This document shows, in pieces, positions 13,266 to 25,010 of a DNA stretch of 64,000 bases (positions within the stretch are counted from its first letter, which is position 1; each line of letters begins with the position of its first letter). The position numbers and the translations under genes are program-made. This stretch comes from Chiloscyllium plagiosum. Taxonomy: Eukaryota. Under the pieces are notes generated by a model. The model worked only from the letters and a program-made list of their open reading frames with translations. It was not told where the DNA came from and did not search any database. Location of the stretch: NCBI RefSeq assembly GCF_004010195.1, contig NC_057718.1:19544104-19608103 (forward strand), in the 5' to 3' direction.

Positions 13266-13731
13266 GTCATAGAGATGTACAGCAGAGAAACAGAGCCTTT
13301 GATCCAACCCGTCCATGCTGACCAGATATCCCAATCCAAACTAGTCCCACCTGCCAGTACCTGCCCCATATCCCTCTAACCCCTTCTTATTCATATACCC
13401 CTCCAGATATACCCCTCCAGATGCCTTTTAAATGTTGCAATTGTATCAGCTTCCACCACTTCCTCTGGCACCTCATTCCATACACGTATCATCCTCTGTA
13501 TGAAAAAGTTACCCTTTTTATAACTTTCCCCTCTCACCCTAAACCTATGTCCTCTAGTTCTGGACTCCCCCATCCCAGGGAAAAGATTTTGTCTATTTAT
13601 CCTATCCATGCCCCTTATGAAACTTGAAAAGGTTCAGAAAAGATGTTGCCATTTGAGCTACAGGAAGATGTTGAATAGGATAGGGCTGTTTTCCCTGGAG
13701 CGTCAGAGGCTGAGGGGTGACCTTATAGAGG
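13266..13731 (-). mobile_element. CR1 3' fragment (13266-13619, minus) with an inverted 5' segment (13620-13731, plus)
   Basis: Minus part encodes MDRINRQNLFP...WNEVPEEVVEA. Plus part encodes KLEKVQKR...LFSLERQRLRGDLIE, the segment immediately upstream in CR1. Confidence 0.85.
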
Positions 13732-13919
13732 CATCTACCCTGTTAGCGTCACTGTGTTTCCTAGCTGCTAACAGTTCTGAGGAAGGGTCACTGAACGTGA
13801 AACATTAACTCTGCTTTCTTCCCTCAGATGCTGCCATACCTGCTGAGTTTCTTCAGCAATTTCTGTTTTTGTTTCATATCTCCAGTATTGCAATTCTTTG
13901 TTTTATTCCCCTGTAGGGT

Positions 13920-14482
13920 CCCCTAACAACCTTATATGTTTCAGTATGGTTGCCTCGCATTCGTCTCCATTCCAATGAACAAATGCCCAACCTACTAACC
14001 TCACTCAGAAGAAAAACTCTCTCTATCCAGGATCAACGTACTGAACCTTCTGTGAACTGCCTCCAATATCAACAATCTTTCCTTAAATAAGGGGACCAAA
14101 ACTCTTCACAGTATTTTTAGTACAGTCTAACTACAGTACTTGTTTAAGCAAGACTTCCCTACTTTTAGACCCCTATTCCCTTGAAAATAAAGGCAGACAT
14201 TCCATCTCCCTTCACTATTCTTGTTGAACTTCTATGCCAGACGTTTGTAACTTGGACATGAGGACCTCCCCAATTGGTCTCTCCTGCAAAGTTCTATGTT
14301 TAAAATAATATTCAGCTCCTCCACTCTTTTTGCCAAAGTGCGTAACCACACAGTATCCCACATTATACTCCAGCTGCTCAGTTTTTGCCCTCTCGTTTGA
14401 CCTGTCTGTAAGTCTCTGCAAACTCTTTGTGTCTTCCTTCACCATTTGCCTTCCCCCTTATTTCTGTGTCATCCATAAACCT
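13920..14482 (-). mobile_element. CR1 RT fragment ending about 50 bp from the exon 3 donor
   Basis: EDTKSLQR..DR..E.AK..QLEYNVGYCVVTHFGKK, a typical CR1 RT segment. Confidence 0.7.
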
Positions 14483-14532
14483 GAAGCCCGCGGACACAAA
14501 GTCTCATAAATTACAGTGCGAGCAGGACTTAC

Positions 14533-14815
14533 TGAGACTGCTGGGGCACCACCATGGAAGGTTTCTGCTTCACAGTCAAAGACATGTGGCCCAGTGAATT
14601 GATATTCTGAGGAGGTTGCACCAATCTCTGGGTCATGGTTTGCTGGGGCGCCTGTTGCGGTATGGGCTGAGCCTGGGCCACCGTGTCTTGATTGTTTGTG
14701 GGTTGAACGCTGGACGACGTCTCCTCACATGCTTTACCTTTGGTGCCTGGTTTGCACACGCAAAGCTGGGGCCTTAGACACATCCCTCCATTTTGGCACT
14801 TTGGAGAACAATTCG
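14533..14815 (-). CDS. LTBP1: LTBP1 coding exon 3 (283 bp), first EGF-like domain plus Q/P-rich linker
   Basis: Acceptor ttctttttctgacag|CG and donor CA|GTAAGT. Peptide [30 protein letters not shown]...[10 protein letters not shown] matches the LTBP1L EGF-like domain and downstream linker. Phase-1 start fits exon 2. Confidence 0.95.
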
Positions 14816-15069
14816 CTGTCAGAAAAAGAACATATTTCATTGACAATACTAATGCCAGACTAGAACAAAACAGCTATCTGAAAAGTGAAGGACAAAATTA
14901 GAGGTGGATTTGATGATTCTTTTGATTCTGCAAAGAGTGATTGAGGCAGGTATTAACACTGAATTGGTACAAAATACGCAATAGTGCGTGGAGTACCTCT
15001 TTTACTTCTCTTCCACTGTTAAGGCGAATAAAAATACATGAGATGCATACAAACCAGGAGCAGATTTAG

Positions 15070-15273
15070 AAGCAAAAACAAAAGTTGGTGGAAAAGCTGA
15101 GCAGGTCTGGCAGCATCTGTGGAGAGAAATCAGGGTTAATGTTTCAGGTCAAGTGACCCGAAACGTTAACTCTGATTTCTCTCCACAGATGCTGCCAGAC
15201 ATGCTGAGCTTTTCCAACAATCTCTGTTTTTGTTTCTGATTTCCAGCATTCGCAGCTTGTTCAATTTTTAAAA
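15070..15273. mobile_element. Fold-back (palindromic) Penelope-tail element
   Basis: About 84-bp inverted arms (15068-15151 and 15154-15237) around a 2-nt loop. Near-TSD GAGCAGATTTAG/GAGCACATTTAG at 15058-15069 and 15274-15285. Confidence 0.8.
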
Positions 15274-18200
15274 GAGCACATTTAGGCCATTCAGCCCTTC
15301 AAACCATTCATTAGGATCATGGCTGATCTGTTTTCATTCCACATTCCACATTCCCATCAATTTCCAGCATGGAGCTACCAAGAATCACACGATTGACCCC
15401 GTTGCTTGAGGTAGGATGAGAGAGGAAGATTAAAATTTGACGACCAAGTGAAGCTAACTGTTTGCCACTGCTTGCTCTACAGTAGCAACACAAGTGGCAC
15501 TTTCCAATAACAGGGTGTAACCATCAAGACATTCTGTCTACCGTACAAAACAGTGACGCATTCAATGAGCAATCCCTGGTATGTTCAGCTTTACACTAAC
15601 ACCTAATTTAAGATTATTGATTAGGCTCACAAATGTGGTTTAATAACACTTGCTTGGAGTTATATATGTTCATATCAGATTCAATTCCCACATTGACTGA
15701 GATTACCATAACTGTTCCAGCTTCTCAACTTCATCCCTTGTCTGAGGCATCCCTCAGGTTAAACTCACCACCAGTAATCTCTCTCTCTCTCTCTAATGAG
15801 ACAGCAGCCCCATGGTGCTCTACAATTTTTTTTTAAAATGCGTTCATTTGTGGGATGTGGACATTGCTGCCTGACCAGCATTGATTGCCTGTCCCTCGTT
15901 GCCCCTTGAGAAGGTGATGGTGAGCTGCCTTCTTGAACCATCCACCTGCTGTGGGTTGACCCACAATGCCATTAGGGAGGAAATGCCAGGATTTTGACCC
16001 AGGACAGCGCAGGAACAGCGATATATTTCCAAGTGAGGATAGTGAATGGTTTCCAGGGCAACTTGAAGGTGGCGGCGTTTCCATACATCTGCTGCTAACA
16101 AGGCTAACTATGATGGCATTACCATTACCTCATATACAGGGAACAACAATATTTCCAGGCATTTGTAGTAACAGGAGATCTACACTTCTGGGGAATGAGG
16201 CGAGATTCAGCTGGCAACAAATTGTTCTGGGGAATTGTGACCAGTTGTCAATGAGAAAGGTTTCCTTCCTGCCAACAGCTATGTGATTGGCTCCCAGGTA
16301 GCTGAATAGCTTATGGGTGTGAATGTTTGGTCAGAAGCTGTCAAATCTCTTTTAAAAAAAGGAAGCTGACCTTTTTCTCAGTAGTAAAACCCTGAAGGAA
16401 GGCCAGTTTATTCCCCTCAGCAGTTGTTGTAAGCTGTGGCTATTAACCAATAAATGAGAGGGGTAGGTGTGACCCAGTCACCCTGCAAGCAAATGGAAAT
16501 TCTTAGAGAAGGAAGGTCACAGACCAGCAAGTCCTCACAAACCAAAAGGATCATCTGAGCAAATTCTGTGGACATGGGCCATTGAAGTGCCTTCCCGGTT
16601 TTTCCCTCCATCCATGAAACCCTTTTTTTTCATTTCTGTCTGTGTTAGAACAGTTTTACAAAGGGGATTAGAGCACTAACGAGTAAAGTTATATGTTAAC
16701 TTCTCGTAATTTGTTTATCTGTAGCTAGAATCTATTTATTTTATGAAACAGTAATTCTTGTGCTGGTTTTCTCTCAGCTGGAGGCTAAAGGACAGACAAA
16801 TTGAGGAATTTCACACACTTCTGTAAGTATCGTAAAATCCAGCAGTGAAAATGTGGGGGTTCTTGTAAAATGTCAGTGTTCCCTAAAGGATGTTTGTTAA
16901 ACAGTTACTACAGTGCAAAGCAAGGCTCCCACATGGAGTATGGAATTCAAGAAACACTGTGAAAGATACGGTGACATCAACTAAAAGGTTGACTCTGTGG
17001 CCTTTAGGGAGGAACATCTGCTGTCCTTACCTGTCTGGTCTACATGTGACTCCAGACCTAGAACTATAGTTTTGACTCCTAACTGCTCCCTGAAATGACC
17101 AAGTAAGCCACGTGTTTCAAGGGCATCTAGGGATGTATCCTGCATCCCAGGAATGAATAGATGTAAAACAAATTCTAGTTTTGGTCTTCTCTACAACATG
17201 GATCACAATTCACTTGAACATTAGTCAGTGTGTCTTTCAGAAGTTGCAGAGGCTCATGTGAAGCCACATTCCCAGGACTGTGGACTATTCAACAAATGGA
17301 ACTCTCCCATTATTACATTTCCAATCTCAAGTCATACATCTGCATCATAGTTAGGATAATTCCGGAAGAACATCTGGAGCGGATCTGAAATCCATAACAG
17401 TTTCAATTATTAAAGCAGCTGAAATAAAAATGATTTACTGCACTATACCTTTTGACCAGGCTGCTTTTTAGCAATATCGAGGACATGGCTCACTCAGCTG
17501 TGAACATTCAGCCCTAAGAGTAATACGTTAATTCCTCTGAATGTAATGAAAGAAAGATCATTTACAGCATGTTTGATTCTTCTGTCTTTATGGAAATCAG
17601 CAATTCTCCACACTGAAGTCCAGAGTACTCAGTAAGATCTATGCTGTAAATCTGTTTGGTTTGGAGGCAGTATTCTGTTCAGCAGTAACTCAAGATCGTC
17701 AGACGTCAATGTTCAACATGCAGACACCTGCTCTGAATAGTGACCTAACAATCTGACATGCCATTGAAGCAGTTTTTTTTTTAAAACTTCTTGTATCTCA
17801 ATTTTATTCCATTTCCTGACAGTCAGTGAATGACAGGAAACATTTGCAGACATACATCTGGGGTTCATTTGGGAAAGTATATACAAACCCATGGCCAACA
17901 CGGTGCGTATGAAATAAGGCATACATTTCACCATCAAAACAACTGCTTTCCTTGGATTGGTACATCATCATTTTCCATTTCCGGCTAAGGAAGGCCATGA
18001 AGGTAACAATCAAAAAAGTTTACTTTGTATATAAAAGTTCAAGATTTGTCATTCGCACTCCAGGCATGCTGTACATGTGCAAATTTTAGAGGGGTTTTTT
18101 TGAATAAACTAAAACTTCCAGATGGTTGAACCTTGGGAAACAGTTGGGCATTTACTAGTACTTGCCAAAATTGGGTGCGGTAAAATAATGGTTATACCAC

Positions 18201-20793
18201 TCAACTAACAATCAGGTCCCAGAAAGATGATCGTTCAAATTCCACCATGACAGCTTGAGAATAAGTATATCTGGAAATGATAAACCTCAATAATGGTGAC
18301 CATGAACCTCAGATTCCTGTAAAAACCCACTGGTTCATTAATGTGTTTTATGGGAAGAAGCATGCTCTGCTCACTATGCGACTCCAGACTCTGAAATGGC
18401 TACACAGGTAATGGGTAATTAGAGATGGACAATAATTGCAGATCTTTCCAGTGATGCCTACATCCATAAATTAACAGAAAATAACATCAGGTTAACCAAG
18501 AGCTGATCTATTTACAGAATTTGGGCCATCTGTACCTAGAGGGAAAGTACAAGGCTCTCACGATTACAAAATAATACTTTGTGCATTTGTTTGTTTAATA
18601 CTCCAGTTCTTATAAACAGAAGCATTCTCCTCCTTTGTATAACCAGCACTACAGGAATAGACAGTGGTTTAACTAAATAAGTAGTCATTACACAAGCACA
18701 GAGGATCTCTGCTGACTGTGCTGAGGATTTGGAGCAGAGTAATAGTGCAGTTGTTCCCCTAATCTGCCCTTTCTCGAAAATGAGTAAATTACGGACTATT
18801 CCTGGGGATGCGTTAGGGCTACCCATGACTGGGTGGCACAAAATGGCCGACGGCTGGCCATGCAGTTAGAGCATGTGGGAAAATACATGATTAATAAAGT
18901 CTCTACAAGTAAACAATAGCTGGTCTGTCTTAAATGAGAGAGAATGTGCAGCTGCCAAATGTTATCCATTGTGAAAAGCTTCAAGAAAGAAGATAAGAAA
19001 GTCTGTGAAAACATCATGACCGGGGGCTAGATCATCAGCCTGCCCATCTCTTTAAGATGCTGCACCAGAGAGCCAATCACAGAGAGACAATCCGGTACTG
19101 CTGACCAGTAGTAGCTAAAGGGTGTGCGTGCCCTCTAAGTTTTTAACTGTATATAATCTCAAATTTCCGTGTGCCTTACTGCAAAGTAAATCTGAAGCTG
19201 TAATGAAGTTGTACCAAAATAAAGTTGGAACTAAATCTACCACCGCACCCGGGCTCTCACTGGAAAACATGAGATCTAACAGCATGTAAGCTATTGTATC
19301 CTCTCCCAAATTGTTAAAGACAACTAGAGATGAACAAATTGCCTGTTCGTTACAGGCTTCAAGTCAGAAAGTTGAAAAGAACCCAGGATGAGCTTTCTTT
19401 CTCATCTGTCACAAAATGGTCCATTCAGCATGTGGTAAGAACATGCTCAACGCAACATCAGCTAATATAACATTGCACTGAGCTGGTTTACAAGCCCTGC
19501 AGGGGAACCATTAATCAAAATCACCAAATTTGCCAAATAGCATGCAAATTAAGGAGCTCTCCACAAGACTTAAGTTCTTATAATTTTTACACTAAAATGA
19601 ATAGCAAAATGAATGGAAATGAAAATTAAACAATAATTAACAGACAAATTATACATCAAAAAGATAAATCTCCTCTTAAATAGAAAATAAACAAAGGTAC
19701 AAGAACCTTACCCAACCGGAAACACCTGCATCCCAATCTCCATACAAGCTTTCCAGTCTTTCCAACAGGATCTCTAGTTCATCAGCTCTCTCATTTCCCC
19801 TCAATTCATTTGGCTCTCGAATCATGTTCACCAGTAGCTGCACTCCATTCAGTTACAGTCAGCTCCAACAAGATACATGCCTCTCTCAAAAAGTCATGTT
19901 AATCCTAATGGCATCCACTCTCAGTCAGTAATTTTTGAACCAACCAACCAACAGGTCCTCCGATACAAACTCAACTGTTAGGATTCTGTCTCTTTTAGCT
20001 CAGGCAATCACTTACCAATGGGTTTCTGGAGTTCTAATTTTATTTGTACTGCCAAACTAACCTTGAAGTAGAAACTCGACTTGCTCCTAAACACACCAGG
20101 AGTTTAATAATTGTGTTGTGCTATAGTTCTTGTTTATTTCTGCAGCTGTGTGCTTCTGCCCCTGGCTTTCCTTTGAGCCTGACAACTGTATGGCTTTTGG
20201 ACTTAACTCTCTTCCTGTTGTTACTGCTTCTAGGTCAAGGGTAGCCAGGTCACATGGACCATTATTTCTTATTAACCTGGAAAGTCACAAATGATCCTTT
20301 TGCAACTAAAATAACTCTACTGAGGCCGGTATCCTGTCACCAAGTCACCTTTTATTTATATCTGAACAGTCCTTGACTTTAGTACTGCCTCTTCAGAGTC
20401 AGCTCTCAGAGTGTCAGGGTCTCTGACAATCACCTTTTTAGTGCTTATTTCCCGCACAGCATCCATGCTGTGTGTGCGCGCAAGTGCAGGGACTCAATGA
20501 AGACACCATTGTGCAAACAATTTTATTCAATATTTCCACCACCAGGAAAAACACCCTTGTGGCCAGGGAACCAGTAAGGTGCAAAGCTTATGTGAAAAAC
20601 ATGAAGGGGGGGGGGTGGGGATTATATCAAAATAAAATTGCAGGGGGTAATAGAGCACTCCATCCCCCTCAGGGCTCCTTCTCCCTAAAGGCATTGAGTG
20701 TTAGTGGACACCACATGCTACCTCTCCAAGGACACCCAGACTTGAACATAACCGCGGAAGAGGGGTAGATAGTCGGCTGAAATGACCTCCAAA

Positions 20794-20873
20794 ATAATAG
20801 GCAAAATTCGAATATATGTATGGAAATACGATGGATTTCTAATCCGTCGCCTTAACCACTCAGACACAACTGC
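20794..20873 (-). pseudogene. tRNA-Ser(AGA)-derived pseudogene or SINE head, copy A
   Basis: Near-identical to 21262-21341 (2 substitutions within the tRNA-like part). Confidence 0.8.
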
Positions 20874-20894
20874 AGAGCGACACTCCCCTTTTAA

Positions 20895-21261
20895 TTGTTT
20901 TTTCTTTTTTTTTATGGTGTGTGTGTGTAGGTGTGAGACACAGTGAAAGACACAAAGTGCACGAATCTTTATTCAATTTCCACCACCAGGAAGATAGGAA
21001 AACACCCGGGTGGCCAGTGACAAACACTGCCCTTCACATCAAAGGACAGTGCTGGGTGATCAAAACAGTGAAGGGGAGGGTAGGGACTAAATCAAAATAG
21101 AGTTGGAGGGAGAAATGATGCACTCCACTCCCTGCGGTGCCCACCTCTCCCTGAACAACTCCAGGGTGTTGATCGATACCGCGTGCTCCTTCTCCAAGGA
21201 CACCCAGACTTGAACATAACCGTGGAAGAGGGGTAGACAGTCAGCTGAAATGACCTCCAAA
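20895..21261 (-). mobile_element. Tx1/L1-type LINE 3' end (ORF2 C-terminus plus 3' UTR) fused to the tRNA-Ser head
   Basis: Frame reads VISADCLPLFHGYVQVWVSLEKEHAVSINTLELFRERWAPQGVECIISPSNSILI*, which resembles Tx1-clade ORF2 termini. It is followed by AATAAA, (CA)n and an A-rich tail. A more diverged second copy lies at about 20441-20793. Confidence 0.65.
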
Positions 21262-21341
21262 ATAATAGGCAAAATTCGAATATATGTATGGAAATACGAT
21301 GGATTTCTAATCCATCGCCTTAACCACTCAGCCACAACTGC
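21262..21341 (-). pseudogene. tRNA-Ser(AGA)-derived pseudogene or SINE head, copy B
   Basis: Minus strand GCAGTTGTGGCTGAGTGGTTAAGGCGATGGATTAGAAATCCAT...TTCGAATTTTGCC closely follows vertebrate tRNA-Ser(AGA) (GTAGTCGTGGCCGAGTGGTTAAGGCGATGGACTAGAAATCCAT...TTCGAATCCTGCC). Variable arm, T arm and acceptor stem are degenerate. Confidence 0.8.
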
Positions 21342-21574
21342 AGAGCTACACTCCCCTTTTAAATCTGTCAGCCAGGGCTCCCCGATTGGACAAAGTTAAC
21401 AGCCCCAATCAGGGAACTCATACTCTATGAGGTCTACCTGGCTGGCCTTGTCATGGTCATTACAACAACTGATGCAAAACCTTAAAGAGTTTCCTCAAAC
21501 ATTCTTAAAAGTAAGTGCAGATTTCTTCGACATTTTAAATAAATTACAGTACATAGGTCTAGTTTTGAAGACTG

Positions 21575-22520
21575 TTTTTAAGCTGAAATTAGGGAGTCAA
21601 CTTATACACGAGGTATCATTTTCGAAGGGATGAAACTCATGCTTGGCATGAATCGAAAAATGGGTCAACAAGAGCCAGATCTCTATATAAATTAACAAAT
21701 AACAAAAGGAAAAAGCATTATGGCAATTGTTGAATATTTATCTACAAAATAACTGCCTCTATTCTGCCAGCTACTGAATCCATCTTTTTTTGCTTCATTT
21801 TTGGCACATAATCTGATACATTGTTGAATCACTATGCTTCCGTTCTGATGACACTTAATTACTCAGTCAGCAATCTTTTGTTCTAGTTGTGGCCACTTGC
21901 TCAGCTTTCCTCGGTTGGCATACCCCTGTTTTGGCATAGCCTTTAACTGTGTGGCTATTTTCCTCCAATCTCTGACACGTTTTTCAGGAACTCAGCTTTG
22001 CTATTGGTGTTCTTCTCTGCAACTTCAATAATTTTTAGTTTAAACTGCGCTGTTTTACTTGTTTCTTCCATGATGCCATTTTGTCGGAAACATTTGGGAG
22101 AGTTTTACAATAGGTTCAGAGCACAACTGTACATGACACCTACTTCTAAGAAACTGAGGTAACAGCAGGAGGACAAGGTCAAGGGCTGCCATAAGGTACC
22201 GTAGATATTTGCATGTGCAGGTCAGATATATGTATGTAGATATTATATAAATAAATATACACAGTATATATTTCCTGACCAACATTCAATTTAACAATTT
22301 GAAAATTGTGTTGTGCAAACATATACTGGTGGCATGTGTGATGAATTTGAATCAAAAATGGGCAAATCATGCCATTTAAGGCTGCATATATGGTCAGGAA
22401 GAGACCCCTGAAAAGCTAGGGTCGACATATACACAAAGTATATGAAAATTACCAGATTTTTGGCCAAAATAAGGGGTCAACTTAGACATTAGATCGACCT
22501 TTACATGAGTATATACAGTA
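21575..22520 (-). mobile_element. pogo/Tc2-like DNA transposon fossil with transposase N-terminal remnant
   Basis: Terminal TACTGTATATACTCATGTAAAAGGTCGA with GTCGAC/GTCAACTTATAC subrepeats. Minus frames read TAQFKLKIIEVAEKNTNSKA, VPEKRVRDWRK and KWPQLEQKIAD*V (Brinker-like plus CENP-B-like HTH). Confidence 0.7.
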
Positions 22521-23079
22521 CAAGTGTTTTTAATTGTGCTGTTTTCCGGTCCATGGCATTATTTGGGATCAAGGTAACAACAATTGCTGTCAAATTCCAT
22601 TCTTGATGTTGCTTAGGTTTGAACCAACTGCCAAATGTTGGAATAGGAATAGTTTTATACTGTTACTTATCCAGAGTTGATGGTGGGACAGGACTTACAG
22701 CAACTGAGCAGTACAGTGATAGATAAAGAAGAGGTGCTGAAAAGGCCAGCAGGGGATGCACCCTAGATTGCTGAGAGAAGTAAGAGAGCAAATTGAAGAG
22801 CCATTGACAGTAATTTTCCAGCAAGGTTCACAATGCTGTAGTTTACCGTAAACAAAATCCATTCAATCGGCAAACAGTGCACTGTAACAAATATTCTGCA
22901 TCTAATTTTAAAACTCTCCATAAGCTACAGCAAATGGAATTCATGACCAAAACTATTACAATATCTCTTAATAAAAGCAAAGGTTTTTCCAGAAAAATGT
23001 AGCACATGCAGTACAGTTACTTACTACATAATTAATATTTCTCCAGAAAAATACTGAGTACAGGATCACTCTTTATTGC

Positions 23080-25010
23080 AAATTATGCACCGAAGACCCA
23101 TCATGAACAATTATAAGTATGATTCATCTCCATCGAGCCTCCATCAGTTTTCCCATTGTTGATGTCAAGCTGACAGATCTATAGTTTCCTTTATCCCTTT
23201 TTTAAATCATCGGTGTCATATTTGTAATCCTCCAGTCCCCCAGGACTTACCTTGTGTTCAGACAGGCCTGGAAAATTACTGTCAATGGCTCTGCAATTTG
23301 CCCCCTTACCTCTCAGCAATCTAGGGTGTATCCCCTGCTGGCCTTTTCAGCACCCCTTCTTTATCTCTCACTGTACTGCTCAGTTGCTCAACACACACAT
23401 TTTCAACAGGGCCATTGTCGTCATCTGCTAATTTATAAAGATAGAAGCAATATATTCATCTAGCACCTCTGCTATATCCTTTGCTTCAGTGAGCAGTTTA
23501 CTCTGCTTGTTCCTTGTGGGCCCCATCTATCCTTCACTAATCTTTTACTAATATTATGCTTGAAGAACATTTTGTTATTTGATTTAATATGGTCTGTCCA
23601 TCCTTTCCTCACGCTTCCTTCTCTATTTTAGCTTTAGCCTCTCTCCTGCATTTGAGATTTCTACTGCTACTATTATTCCAGAATGCATCATATACCTTCT
23701 TTTTCTTACTTACTTTATCATCAATATCCTTAATCATCCAGCTACTTGAGGTTTGGATACCCCATATTTATTTCTCATGGGGGTATGTGCACCGTACTAA
23801 ATCTCTTTTTTGAAAGTCTCACTTTTTTTTATCCACTCTTTTATTCACCAAAATGCATTTCTAAACAATCTGCTCCAGTTCAACTTTTTGACCATTAAAA
23901 TCATCCCTTTTCCCATTTGGGATTTTATCCCCTTCCATCTTAATGTTGAACCTTTTTATATTATGATCACTATTTCCTAAATGTTCCCCATTCTGATGCT
24001 CTCTACTTGACCTGCCTTATTTCCTAAGACCAGGTGCAGCACAGCTCCTTCCCTGATAGGAATGGGAATGTACAGTTCTAGAAAGTTCTGCACACGTTAC
24101 AAGAATGTCTCCCCTTCCAAGCCCCACAGACGACCTTGTTCCTGTCTACCAGAGGGTAACTGAAATCATGACTTGTTGTACAGGTTTCAGTGAGCTGCCT
24201 ACAAATGCTCTCTTTTACCTCCTCCCCACTATATGGAGGTCTTCCTGTTTCTCACCTCTAACCATCGAGATTCTAGTTCAGGAAATGCATCTTGTTCAAA
24301 GGCTGTGCTATTACCTTTAACCAAGACCACTACAATTCCTCCTTTTTTACCCAACCTGTTTCTACTGAAAGCATTAGAATCTGGGATATTCAGTTTCCAG
24401 TCCAGTTCTAGCCACAATCGAGCCATGTTTCTGTCAATGCTCCTATATCATATCGCCATTGAGTAATTTCTGCTTCCAGCTCCCCAGATATGTTCACTAC
24501 ACTCTGTGCATTTATGCATGCACAACTTAATGCTGCCTTATCACTTTCTTGCTCATTGGAAGGCGATCATTTCTTTGTTCATTGTCAACACTCTCACCTT
24601 CCTTCAATTCTTTTTCCCCATTCCCCTCCATCTCTCTTTTAATCTCCCTGGTACTTCCAAAGCTAGGCCCATTAGTCAACCCCACCCTATCGGTTTACAA
24701 GTTTAAATCCATCCCCACTACGCTATTTACTATCTCAGCCTACAGATTAGTTCCATTTCAGTTCAGGTGATGCTCATCTTTTCTGAACAGTTTTCTCCTT
24801 TCCCAAAAGTGATCCCAATGTTCCAAAAATCCAAACCCCTCCCCTTGAAGACATCCCTCTAGCCACATTTTTACCTCCCTGATCTGCTCTTACCTAAATG
24901 CTGGAGCTCATTGCTCACAGGTAGTATTTCTGAGGTTACTATGCTGGAGGTCCTGTGTTTCAACATACGCCCTAACTCCTGAAACTGATGCTGAAAGGTC
25001 TCCACGCTGT
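23080..25010 (-). mobile_element. Degenerate CR1 5' portion (ORF1 esterase and endonuclease remnants)
   Basis: WKLNIPDSNAFSRNRLGKKGGIVVVLVK resembles the CR1 endonuclease. RT-proximal remnants lie near 23100-23350. Confidence 0.6.

Larger units (their letters stand above)
20307..21464 (-). mobile_element. Solo-LTR-like element split by the tRNA/Tx1 insertions (arms about 20307-20440 and 21349-21464)
   Basis: Minus strand starts TGTAATG, has CCAATCAGGGAG and a TATA-like GATTTAAAAG, and after the insertions resumes with AATAAAAGGTGACTTGG. Flanks GCAAC/ACAAC resemble a 5-bp TSD with one mismatch. Confidence 0.5.

Noticed and set aside
1..14532. LTBP1 exon 4 or the short-isoform first exon
   Set aside because: No matching peptide found by eye. 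Probably outside the window, though a diverged exon could have been missed.
14816..14846. N-terminal extension of the ORF-track call 14529-14846
   Set aside because: Intronic polypyrimidine tract and acceptor; the exon starts at 14815.
20794..21341. Functional tRNA-Ser genes
   Set aside because: Acceptor stem, variable arm and B-box are degenerate, and each copy is fused to a LINE tail; treated as pseudogene or SINE heads.
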